Assembly (NCBI RefSeq): GCF_053078305.1
Contig: NZ_CP166879.1
Direction: 5' to 3' (one strand)
DNA: 64,000 nt
This document shows, one piece after another, positions 41,641 to 51,435 of the stretch. Made by a program: the position numbers and the translations under genes. Below the pieces are notes generated by a model, which saw only the letters and a program-made list of their open reading frames with translations, was not told where the DNA came from and ran no database searches. How positions within the stretch are numbered: position 1 is the stretch's first letter; each line of letters starts with the position of its first letter.

Positions 41641-44025
41641 TTAGAATGAAAGCCCTTCACCATCAGCCACAATCCTGTACCCCATCGCCTTATAACCCCG
41701 CTGGCGTTTATCCCACATTCTGAGCAGCACTGGATACGCGGTATCCACAAAATCAATGATCCTGACATCGCTTTTACCGGTATGCTCTCTGTGTAGACGT
41801 CCCGCATACTGCTGTAACGTCCCTTTCCATGACACAGGCATGGCAAGAATCAGCGTATCCAGCGGAGGGTGGTCAAATCCCTCACCAATAAGTCTGCCTG
41901 TTGACAACAAAATACGGGGAGAATCAGGAGGAAGAGCATTCAGCCCGGAAATCATCATAGTACGCTTTTTTTTCGATAATCGACTATGGAGAACAAAAGG
42001 CGACAATTTCAGTGTGTTCATCACTGAGGCTATATCATCCAGATGATCTGTACGTTCAGTCAGTACCAGAACTTTACGCCCCTGCCCAAAAGCTTTCATG
42101 GCTTCTTCAGCTATCGCCACCGTTCTGTCATGATCCAGAGCAATTTCTCTGAAAATATCCTGGATTCTCGCATCCGATGGTAAATGACCAGATGTAAAAC
42201 GGGAACGGGTCAGCACCTCCAGATTATGTGGGCTTTCCTTCGGGCGGGACGCTGTATGGCGAATGGCACCACAGTACATAAAAATAATGGGGTGCAGACC
42301 ATCCCGTCGGATTGGTGTTGCCGTCAGGCCAAGCAGATATCTGGCATTCGTTTCCTTCAGAATCGCAGAAAATGAAACCGCGCCAATATGATGGCACTCA
42401 TCCACAATGATTTGCCCATAATTCCTGACCAGAGGTTCAACTTCTCCGTGTCTGGATATGGACTGCACCACCGCAATATCAATATTGCCACAGGGTTTAT
42501 GTTTCCCTCCCCCGATAATACCAATACTGTCACCGGCCTGCAGAAACACCGCGAGACGCTCCTGCCACTGCTTCAGCAATTCAGTCCGGTGTACCAGTAT
42601 CAGTGTATTCACTTTCCGTCTGGCAATCACTGCCGCTGCGGTAACTGTCTTACCAAAAGCCGTTGGCGCACAAAGCACACCAGTGTCATAACGGAGTAAT
42701 GCCGAAACGGCCTCTTCCTGCTCCGCTCTGAGGTTTCCCATAAAAACGGCATTACATTCCGTCCCGGCAAATCGTTTATCGATTAATTCTGCAGCAATAT
42801 TGTTGTCCCTAAGGAAAGATAATACGCTGTCCAGACATCCCCGGGGCAACGCAATGTGTTGCGGGTAATTCTCCGCACAACCTATAACACGGGGCTTATT
42901 CCAGACTGACATACGCATTGCCTGAGCCTTATAAAACTCAGGGTTCGGAAATGCTGCCAGCCGAATAAGTCGGTTAATCAGCACCTGAGGTAATTGCGCT
43001 TTTTCGAAATAGATCTGATTTGCCAGCGTGATTTTCAGCGGTTCAGCAACAGCAAGATTCAGTCTGTTTCCTGATGATTTTTTCCCTTCCCATGGCGTAC
43101 CCAGGTCTTCTTCGTTGATAAAGTTCACATCCAGAGGATGGATACTTCCTGTAGCCCGTAATATCGTCGGTTCAATATCCTGCACATTCATCGGGAGCAC
43201 CGACGCAAGAAAAGCCCACTGATCAGGATGAGGCTGGAAATTCATATCAACAAAAACACTTCCCCCCGATGCACGCGGTCTTTTTTGCAGAGGTAACGCG
43301 ATAAGATTACCAAATCCTCCTTTTGGCATCGTATCCTGATTAGGAAATAATCGGTCATAAGAACTCAATTGCAGCTGTCGGGTCCGGCTGCACGTATAGC
43401 TAATAACAGCAGTCCCCAGACGGCGAGCTTCGCGGGCCGAAACTCGTGAAGCAAAAAATATCCAGACATGCGCTCCCTGACGTGAGCGGGATATTTCCAG
43501 CACAGCGGGTACACCCAGCTCATCACAGGCTCGCATGAACGCGGATGCATCCTTCTGCCATTCAGCTTCATCAAAATCAACAGCCAGAAAATAACAGGAA
43601 TCATCTTCCAGCAACGGATATAACCCGGCAGTATGCGTGCCTGCCAGATGCTGGTAGATGACAAGATCAGATACAGGAATCAACTGACGGTGAACGCAGT
43701 CCCCACATTTTATCCGGGGCTTACCGCATATTCCCAACTGCCATTCGTTAGCGCAGGCCGGCGAGTACCCTGATTTGCCGCTGGTTTTACTTTCCCATCT
43801 AAGTGCCCATACATCATCACGCCCACGAAACAACCGACGAAATAATGCAACCTTCTCGTCGGTGGATAATACAGAAACGCGCTGCACAGGAGTCTGCGGT
43901 TTACGTCTCCATTCAATCCCATGAGCTTCAAGTAATGAGACCAGACGGGCATTTTCTGCCCTCAATGCAGCTAATTCATCGCTGTCAGATTTATGAACCA
44001 TATTCGTTACCTGTATCCGATCCAC
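41641..44025 (-). CDS. Fusion protein: AEP primase-polymerase-like N-terminal domain plus SF2 helicase C-terminal domain (yfjK-position)
   Basis: 794 aa; N-terminal AVDFDE and SRSRQGAHVWIFF plus Cys cluster GICGKPRIKCGDCVH; helicase motifs CAPTAFGKT, VDECHH, TATP, QQYAGRLHR. Confidence 0.7.
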   Translation of the reverse strand: MDRIQVTNMVHKSDSDELAALRAENARLVSLLEAHGIEWRRKPQTPVQRVSVLSTDEKVALFRRLFRGRDDVWALRWESKTSGKSGYSPACANEWQLGICGKPRIKCGDCVHRQLIPVSDLVIYQHLAGTHTAGLYPLLEDDSCYFLAVDFDEAEWQKDASAFMRACDELGVPAVLEISRSRQGAHVWIFFASRVSAREARRLGTAVISYTCSRTRQLQLSSYDRLFPNQDTMPKGGFGNLIALPLQKRPRASGGSVFVDMNFQPHPDQWAFLASVLPMNVQDIEPTILRATGSIHPLDVNFINEEDLGTPWEGKKSSGNRLNLAVAEPLKITLANQIYFEKAQLPQVLINRLIRLAAFPNPEFYKAQAMRMSVWNKPRVIGCAENYPQHIALPRGCLDSVLSFLRDNNIAAELIDKRFAGTECNAVFMGNLRAEQEEAVSALLRYDTGVLCAPTAFGKTVTAAAVIARRKVNTLILVHRTELLKQWQERLAVFLQAGDSIGIIGGGKHKPCGNIDIAVVQSISRHGEVEPLVRNYGQIIVDECHHIGAVSFSAILKETNARYLLGLTATPIRRDGLHPIIFMYCGAIRHTASRPKESPHNLEVLTRSRFTSGHLPSDARIQDIFREIALDHDRTVAIAEEAMKAFGQGRKVLVLTERTDHLDDIASVMNTLKLSPFVLHSRLSKKKRTMMISGLNALPPDSPRILLSTGRLIGEGFDHPPLDTLILAMPVSWKGTLQQYAGRLHREHTGKSDVRIIDFVDTAYPVLLRMWDKRQRGYKAMGYRIVADGEGLSF

Positions 44026-44151
44026 TGAGGCACCACGGCAAAAATTCGGGTCCCCTACACTGATGACAAAGCCGCCCTCTGCTGCCTATTAACTCAAGCA
44101 CCTCCCAACAACTTACAGAAACTTAATTCTAATACCTAATACAGCTGTAAT

Positions 44152-44715
44152 TCAGTTGTGTCGTGGTCGGCCGCGGTTACTTTTTTCGGGAAGCCTGCTA
44201 CGGCCCAGAATAATACCGTGTTCTTTCTGATCTTGTTTAGCCAGGTAGCTGAGGGCGTAACGTAAGTCGTCTACCGCAGATTTATCACTATAGTGAATCA
44301 CGTGATCGATACGCACCGGGTATTTGTCTTTAGCCCGGCACAGATGAAAATAACCCTCCCCTTCCGTGATCCGCCTCCAGATATCCCCCAGTTGCCTGGA
44401 TGTCTGATAAGAGTTCTTGTGACGTTGTCCATCCAGATAGCCGATAAAATGAATATGAAGCCCTTTGTCTGGTGTATATTCCATTACCCAGTAATATCCC
44501 GCCAGCATCGTTTGGGTTTCACTAAGTAAACGGTATATTTCAATACACATACTGTGCTTACAGGAATGCCCGAAACTGGGCGTGTCTTTCCTGTAGGCAA
44601 AATCAATTCTGAAAGGTAACAGTTTAGAAAAACGTTGAAACAGACCTTCCATGTGTTCATTCACGTCTTTCAGAATCGTGAAATTCATTTCGTAATTGGG
44701 GTTAGCATTATACAT
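44152..44715 (-). CDS. YagK/YfjJ-family protein (inovirus Gp2-like)
   Basis: 187 aa; family recalled from CP4-6 yagK / CP4-57 yfjJ; lies between the yfjI-like and helicase genes as in CP4-57. Confidence 0.55.
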   Translation of the reverse strand: MYNANPNYEMNFTILKDVNEHMEGLFQRFSKLLPFRIDFAYRKDTPSFGHSCKHSMCIEIYRLLSETQTMLAGYYWVMEYTPDKGLHIHFIGYLDGQRHKNSYQTSRQLGDIWRRITEGEGYFHLCRAKDKYPVRIDHVIHYSDKSAVDDLRYALSYLAKQDQKEHGIILGRSRLPEKSNRGRPRHN

Positions 44716-45621
44716 TTTATAGTCCTTACTTTATAAAACTCACAGGAAGAGGAAATTACGTAAATGCTGAGGATACAGAAACGTCGTACCACGGCATTAA
44801 TAAACTGGGTAACCAGTATGCAGACAACCTGATAAAACTGTTTCGTATTACCTCATTACAGTAATGGGAGTAATACTTCAGAATACAGTGAGACTCTCTT
44901 AAACTGAGGACCAGTACGAATTACAATGGTAAAAACACACCTCATAGAATTAAGTTTAAGAAAGTACCATTCAATCACTTACAGGAAGTAATCTGATCTT
45001 CACAAAAGTCAGCTATCGAATAGCCACAGGCAACATCGCTATTAGTATTGCCGTACCATTAAGTAAAAACAGAGACTCTGCAGAGAGAGCCTACAGATAT
45101 TTAACCTCACAATAAGAAGATTATTTCATACAGAAAAGATTATATTTACCCATACTTATAAACTGTAACGGAGATATAACGTACGAACTAAAGACAATAT
45201 ACTCTAATAGTGTTCCGGTACGTAACTAGTGTTAAATACAAACCAGACATACATTTAGTGGATTAACTTTCTCAATATTACGCTATGAGTGTAGTAACAT
45301 AATTTACACATAACTAAACCCCATACACCACCACACTGTAGTATATGGGGATAGACGCATTACGCACATACAGAATACTCAGCATAAAGAGGAGTGACAT
45401 TACGATAAAAAGAGACAACATAACTCCCATTAATAATACTAATTAACCTAAATTATTTATTGAATACGAAAACAATGAGGGGGTCTCCTCATCCAAGACT
45501 AAAGCCAGCAATATCCTGAACAACACTCTATCCAATAGTAAACAATGGTTATACCAGTTATATTTGCTGACTGATCTGTACCAGAGTTCTGTAATACAAC
45601 AACGCTGACATGGTAAAAGCA

Positions 45622-45652
45622 TTAGTCTCCTCCGCAAGTAGCAGAGGAGACT
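45622..45652 (-). terminator. Candidate stem-loop terminator downstream of the yfjI-like gene
   Basis: Inverted repeat gtctcctc...gaggagac with 11-nt loop, just past the stop at 45678 on the minus strand. Confidence 0.35.
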
Positions 45653-45677
45653 ATATGTTACTCAACGATTAAGTCGT

Positions 45678-47132
45678 TCAGAGGTCAAAGTTAGGTGCGA
45701 CATACCACGTTTTGTCGTCAATAAACTGTACAACTCTGTTTTGCTCATACAGTAAATCCAGTAACCAGTTGAGTTTATCTTTTTTACGGAAACGGTTCGG
45801 ACCACGCTGTAAAATGTCATTTTTTCTCATACAGCGTATCCCCTTCTCAATGCAACAGCTTTTTATCCAGTTGAAAAGTTCAAGCTCCTCTGGAATGAGT
45901 CGCATAGGTACGGTCAGTGCAGAGTTTTCAAACGTTAACGGACTGGATAACCGAATATACTCATCGCCGTACCATATTGCTAATTCTCTCGCCATTTCAG
46001 CAGTGTAGGGGGAAATGTCACCTTCCTCACCGCTAAAATGGTGAATAAGCCCTGCCAGTCTTGCCATATACTCTGCATTTTTAGCAGCATATTCTCTGAA
46101 GTCTCTTAAAGGCCCCAGAACCGACATCTTCGATTCCACATTGTTGTAATAGTCCGTCCAGATTCTGGCTGCCTGAGGAGAAAAGTGAAGGCAACGCCGC
46201 TCTCCCCTCATAGCCAGGCTTTCATCAATGAGTTCATTTATCCTCTGTTCAAACAAATCCTGATACTGTGATGAATAATTATCTCCGGTTATTATTATCC
46301 TTGTCCCCTGCGTTGATGTTGGTTGACACATCAAAAACCTTGCATGATGTCCTGACGTTTTCACAAGTTCTTTTTTTCGTGTACAAAAACCTTTGTGGTA
46401 AACATCAGGCTGAACCATCACCGATATCGTCAGTCTTGGCTCCTTCAAAAAAATTCCGGGAGATGATTTCCTGTCGATGAAAAGAGAACCACCATCCCAC
46501 AAAGAGTTAAGTATTCCCAGTTTACTCATTGCCCGGCTGTCAAAAATTATCCCACCTTCACTGGATACAAGAGCAAAAGAGCGGTTGCTATCAGAATAAT
46601 ATTTTAACATTCCCTCTATCGTTGTATCATTAAAAATTGTTCGATGTATCTGTGGTGGAACAGGACACTTATTCAGATGTGTTTTAAGCTCTGATTCTGT
46701 TGTCTTATAATCTTTACCGGTACGAATCTCTTTATGAAGTTTTGACTCCAGTGCTTTTTGTTTTTGCGCCCATATTTCCTTTTCTGTACTGTAACTCTCA
46801 ACCAGTTTCGCGTATTCTTCCGCCAGGGCTTCATCCCTGAGATAAAATGCTTTCATAAACACTTTATCCACGGTCGTTTTCCTTTCACCAGAATCAGCCA
46901 GAATCATAGAGTAAATATTAGAGGACCCACGTAAATTTCCTGGTCTGCACACATCAACCTGATTCTGACAGGCAATTGACATCGCTGTTAATGCTGCAGT
47001 TATCGCCATAGCTATAGGTGTCTGTGTATTCTTTTGAGTTTCAATTATTGCATTTCTCGCCAGCGGTGGCATTGCATATATCGGACAAGGATTTTCTGGT
47101 GCAAGTAAGCACATAAATGCCTCTCTTTTCAT
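45678..47132 (-). CDS. DUF3987-type protein (YfjI-like)
   Basis: 484-aa ORF; follows alpA as yfjI does in CP4-57; family recalled. Confidence 0.6.
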   Translation of the reverse strand: MKREAFMCLLAPENPCPIYAMPPLARNAIIETQKNTQTPIAMAITAALTAMSIACQNQVDVCRPGNLRGSSNIYSMILADSGERKTTVDKVFMKAFYLRDEALAEEYAKLVESYSTEKEIWAQKQKALESKLHKEIRTGKDYKTTESELKTHLNKCPVPPQIHRTIFNDTTIEGMLKYYSDSNRSFALVSSEGGIIFDSRAMSKLGILNSLWDGGSLFIDRKSSPGIFLKEPRLTISVMVQPDVYHKGFCTRKKELVKTSGHHARFLMCQPTSTQGTRIIITGDNYSSQYQDLFEQRINELIDESLAMRGERRCLHFSPQAARIWTDYYNNVESKMSVLGPLRDFREYAAKNAEYMARLAGLIHHFSGEEGDISPYTAEMARELAIWYGDEYIRLSSPLTFENSALTVPMRLIPEELELFNWIKSCCIEKGIRCMRKNDILQRGPNRFRKKDKLNWLLDLLYEQNRVVQFIDDKTWYVAPNFDL

Positions 47133-47362
47133 TAATGGGTTAGTAAAGTAGCAGCAACTCCCGCTATAATAGCGAAATAGCTGCTGTTCAGACCTAATGT
47201 TCTGAGAAATACAGAATATCTGTAGATCTGATGTTTAATAAACCGATAAGGTTAATTCAGTTCATACTGTGTTATTTACCACGAAATATCATTCATGTTT
47301 CTCATTCTTAACACCTCCTAAAATTATTTCACTAACACCTTCCCCCCGGTCTTTTTCCTTTC

Positions 47363-47590
47363 TCAGGAATCAGCCAGAACCATAGTGTAAATATTAACGG
47401 GCCCACGTAAATTTCCGGGGTTGCACACGTCAATCTGATTCTGACAGGCAATTGACATCGCTGTTAATAATGATGTTGTAGTCATAGCCAGAGATGCTTT
47501 TTCATTGTGTTGAGTTTCAATTATTGCATTTCCAGTCATTGATGGTTGCGCATATACTGGATACGGAGTATCCGGTTTGATGTAAGACAT
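47363..47590 (-). pseudogene. Degenerate tandem duplicate of the 5' end of the yfjI-like gene
   Basis: 75-aa ORF aligns with residues ~7-80 of the 45678..47132 product; flanking DNA also duplicated (about 47330-47700 versus 46870-47230). Confidence 0.6.
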
Positions 47591-47695
47591 AAATATTTCC
47601 TTTTTTCGTAATAACTTTCGGTTATAGCAGCTATTTCCGCTACAATAGCAACAATAGCTGCTATACAGACTGGATATACTGAAAATACAGACAGT

Positions 47696-47944
47696 TCATC
47701 TGGTCTGTATCCAGCAGAGAAGGTCACTTAACAACCATCCGCAAGATTTCTTTCCGATAGACTTACGTGGTGGAAATGTTCCCTCCCGTTCAAGTTTCCA
47801 CGCTTGTGTACGAGAAATTGACGTGATCTCATATCGTTCCTTTTCACGTACCAGTCTGTCGCATTCAATCCCATAAGCTTTCAAAATGACCAGACGCTGT
47901 TCATCTGTTAATGGAAGCCACATACTACCCTCCTGATATATCAA
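47696..47944 (-). CDS. alpA: AlpA-family phage transcriptional regulator
   Basis: C-terminal ISRTQAWKLEREGTFPPRKSIGKKSCGWLLSDLLCWI matches the AlpA HTH pattern; true start may be an internal Met. Confidence 0.7.
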   Translation of the reverse strand: MIYQEGSMWLPLTDEQRLVILKAYGIECDRLVREKERYEITSISRTQAWKLEREGTFPPRKSIGKKSCGWLLSDLLCWIQTR

Positions 47945-48614
47945 TACTTTTTATTTCCGGCATGAGCATGAAATGACTAAGTTTCCCGGATAAACAATGA
48001 GTGAAAGTCACTATCATTCATCCAGTCAACACCTTGCAAATAAAATGTAATACCATGATTTTTATAGGTCAAAATACTGAATTACAATATTAAAATGGCT
48101 TTTAATAGAAAAAATAAAGACATATAGAGCCAAATAAAAACAAGCCGCGACCAATAAAAACAAAAAATTAATATTAAAAATCCATTATGACGATTTTTGT
48201 TGACTAAAATTAGGTTTGGATATATAAATAAATCCATGTAAAATTCAAACAAGGCATGGAGGAGTCGCAGGAAGGTGAAATATTTCCATCTAATTTGTGA
48301 TAATCATCACAAAAATAAGCTACAACAAGCGGAGGAAAAGACAATCTGTTGCTGAACAGACAGAAGCAGGCTACGAATGATCGGAAAATGAAGCAAATAC
48401 GCTTATACAGAAGACGCAGAGGTAACTGACGGAGACAATCACAATCAGGAGAAAATTATCGTAAATAATGTATAAAATCTCAGGATATAAACAAATGTAC
48501 ACAAGCTATCCACGTAATCAGCGGCTGGCTCAGGATTAACGTTTCATTTCAGTGGACAACATCGATTCTGTCTGACAGCGGACCAATATGTAGCAAGCAG
48601 AAACTTCTGACATC

Positions 48615-50252
48615 ATGGTAACTCGGACAATGCAACAAAAGTATCAGTATGATCGTGTTTTATCCGGCGAACTCCACCCATTCCCTGGCATATACGAGGC
48701 GGTTTCCGAACAAATCCTTTTGCTCATTTTTAAAGCACGTCAACTATATCAGGATCCAGAATATCGCCCCTGGTTTGAAGAACAGCACAGAGTACTCTCT
48801 GCATTACGTGCCAATACAGAGCTCCTGAGAATCTTTAGAGAACAAAGAAGCGCTGAAGAACCAAAGCTTACTATTGAAGAGTCTACCTCCCCCCAACCCA
48901 CTCCTTCTGCTCTTACAGATGCGCTTAATGTGATGTGCCATATATACAATGGTTTTGATGAAGGAAATATCAGTCTGAAAACCTGGGGGGCGATGCAAGA
49001 GGTACAGACAACATCAACCTTTATCAGCCCAGGACCGAGAACCTGGAAAACACCTGAACTGGCAAAGTTTGTAGGAGATGATTTATTTAATATTCTGACT
49101 GAATGTAAGGCCTGGAGTTCACCAATTCCAGCAGAAACCCGACAGGGGTATTGCCATCAGGATCTGTCTGTTGCACACTCCTGCACCTCAGAGTTACTGG
49201 CACACCTGAATCAATATCATGAAATTGATGAATCAGCAATACTTGCCAGAGTTATTGGTATAACAGTTAACGGATTCTACAAGAAAAATAATACAGACCT
49301 TCCAGAATGGCTATCCCCCTTTAAAGAGGAACATAAAATATTCAGAGATTGTCCGGAGCAAAATACCGGGGATGTAATCAGACGGAAAGAACAACTGTTG
49401 AAAACAGGACGTACAGAATTCGTGAATAATTTGTGTCGGGTCGCCAACTGGTATGAAATTGAGTCAATATACGATGAATACGTCCGTCTTTATGCCAATG
49501 AAATCATTGACTGGTTCAACAAAACCATGAAGTATTTTAAACCAACAGATTTTATCCGATATACATGGAAATTCGCAACAGTTACTCCGGATAAAGATAC
49601 AGAAACCGGGCATACAACTGCATGGGAAAAGGATTATTGCCAGATAACCATACAACGTGATGAACTTCTGAGGTTGATTCACACCAATACCCTTCAGGAT
49701 GCAGTAATTTATCTTTGTCATTGTCTGCAGAAGGAATACAAGAAATCATCCCAAAATGAGATAGAGTTCCCAGGAATAAAACCTCCGACATCAGAGAGTA
49801 AAATTAATATAACAAATAATATTAAATTTCATTCTCTCCTGGAGCTCAGTAAAGATAATGAGAAGCGTCTGGAAACATTTCAAAAATGGTATGAAAAAAA
49901 TAAAGTTTTGTTAGAAAGTCATAAACAAAAACGAACAGAGAAGATTGACGTTGCCGTACGACTTGTAGGGCTGAAAGCCTATGATCTGCATGAAGGGATT
50001 CCGGATAGTCCAAAACGAAAAGTTAAAGATGGCATAAATGAAGACATCAAAGCCGATACCAGTTTACGCCTGTCAAAGACAAATATAAGTGATACGTCGC
50101 TAAACCGTTATCGCCGCACTGTTAAGGAGATTATCAATAACGAAATTGACGCATTCCTGTTGGAACAGAAGAAAAAAAATAAAAGATTTCCCTACAGTGA
50201 AGATAGAGATGTGATTCGACCTTTATGGGGAAAATGCCTGACCGGGCAGTAG
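48615..50252 (+). CDS. Uncharacterised low-GC protein
   Basis: 545-aa ORF, A+T-rich, preceded by about 670 nt of AT-rich non-coding DNA; no recognised motifs. Confidence 0.5.
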   Translation: MVTRTMQQKYQYDRVLSGELHPFPGIYEAVSEQILLLIFKARQLYQDPEYRPWFEEQHRVLSALRANTELLRIFREQRSAEEPKLTIEESTSPQPTPSALTDALNVMCHIYNGFDEGNISLKTWGAMQEVQTTSTFISPGPRTWKTPELAKFVGDDLFNILTECKAWSSPIPAETRQGYCHQDLSVAHSCTSELLAHLNQYHEIDESAILARVIGITVNGFYKKNNTDLPEWLSPFKEEHKIFRDCPEQNTGDVIRRKEQLLKTGRTEFVNNLCRVANWYEIESIYDEYVRLYANEIIDWFNKTMKYFKPTDFIRYTWKFATVTPDKDTETGHTTAWEKDYCQITIQRDELLRLIHTNTLQDAVIYLCHCLQKEYKKSSQNEIEFPGIKPPTSESKINITNNIKFHSLLELSKDNEKRLETFQKWYEKNKVLLESHKQKRTEKIDVAVRLVGLKAYDLHEGIPDSPKRKVKDGINEDIKADTSLRLSKTNISDTSLNRYRRTVKEIINNEIDAFLLEQKKKNKRFPYSEDRDVIRPLWGKCLTGQ

Positions 50253-50338
50253 ATCACAGATGGGATAACATCCCGGTTATCCCCTGTTTGTTCTGCTTCA
50301 GGTTGCCAGAGCTCCAGGAACACGAGGCAATCGGCAAA

Positions 50339-50935
50339 TTATGCGGCTTTTCCATTAACAGATTCGACCACAAGAACAACACCGTGTTTGTTTCGATCAG
50401 GATGTTCACTCCAGATTTCTGATTCAGGAATACTTTCCCCATCATAGCAGATCCGATCACCATCAAACGGATAATACCGTGCGGAATCTGTATCTAAGAT
50501 AAACACCTTAAGATTCGTTGAACGACGCGCTATATGCTGCCAGAGGGCTTTACCTCCTTCATATTGCTCGTTATCACTTAATAGTATAACGCCTGCTTTT
50601 GTGGCTATTGTTTCATAAACAAACGTAGCAAGGCTAACATCACGTACAGCGCCATCGACAACAATCCCTTCAATCTGAGCAACGTCCTGTTCTTCCCAGA
50701 ATTTCCGGACAACCCCCCCTTCAAGCTGTGAACGACGCTGAAGCTCCAGAGTGGCAACAACCTTATAGCGAATATCACCATCAATAACAGAAGGTGCAGC
50801 TTCGATTACCGCAGCGAACGGAGTCTTTGGATCCCAGATGATCTGGTAAAGCACACCCTGAATAGTTACTCCATCCAGTATCGAAAAACGACGAGCTACA
50901 GTAGCAGGGGAGTAAGACATTGGAATGACAGCCAT
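50339..50935 (-). CDS. Uncharacterised protein adjacent to thrW
   Basis: 198-aa ORF convergent with the 545-aa gene; no recognised motifs. Confidence 0.45.
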   Translation of the reverse strand: MAVIPMSYSPATVARRFSILDGVTIQGVLYQIIWDPKTPFAAVIEAAPSVIDGDIRYKVVATLELQRRSQLEGGVVRKFWEEQDVAQIEGIVVDGAVRDVSLATFVYETIATKAGVILLSDNEQYEGGKALWQHIARRSTNLKVFILDTDSARYYPFDGDRICYDGESIPESEIWSEHPDRNKHGVVLVVESVNGKAA

Positions 50936-51235
50936 TTTATGGCCTAAAATTTGAAAACATCAGTATCAATACTGACCTCATCAGTCTGAGCATATATTGA
51001 TAAAGTTTTTATGTTTACACTCAATAAATACCTTGCTAAACAACTAATAGCGATGTCTACATTGCCATTCGACATGCTTACAATTTTTGTCAACAAGAAA
51101 GTGAATTTATATCAACGGTAAGAAGTAAACACGAGGACACCAAAACCAAATGTATACACTTTTGTGCTTTGTGTCCCCTGTGTGTACCCAAATGACAAAC
51201 TGCAAGAAAATCTAGGCACACACTTATCTAACTTA

Positions 51236-51291
51236 TTGATTTAAATGGTGCCGATAATAGGAGTCGAACCTACGACCTTCGCATTACGAAT
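51236..51291 (-). repeat. thrW-proximal att repeat (3' 46 nt of tRNA-Thr plus ttgatttaaa)
   Basis: Identical to 5333..5388. Confidence 0.85.
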
Positions 51292-51321
51292 GCGCTGCTC
51301 TACCAACTGAGCTATATCGGC
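51246..51321 (-). tRNA. thrW: tRNA-Thr (anticodon CGU)
   Basis: Reverse complement GCCGATATAGCTCAGTTGGTAGAGCAGCGCATTCGTAATGCGAAGGTCGTAGGTTCGACTCCTATTATCGGCACCA; 76 nt with CCA end; immediately downstream of proA. Confidence 0.95.
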
Positions 51322-51435
51322 CCTGAAAGGACATGTTCACGAACGTGAATCACGGTGGACAAGGTTAAAACTAACCGGGCGATGCGTCAATGGCCTTGTG
51401 AATCAAATGGCTACTTTTGCATCACCCGGTTTTAT

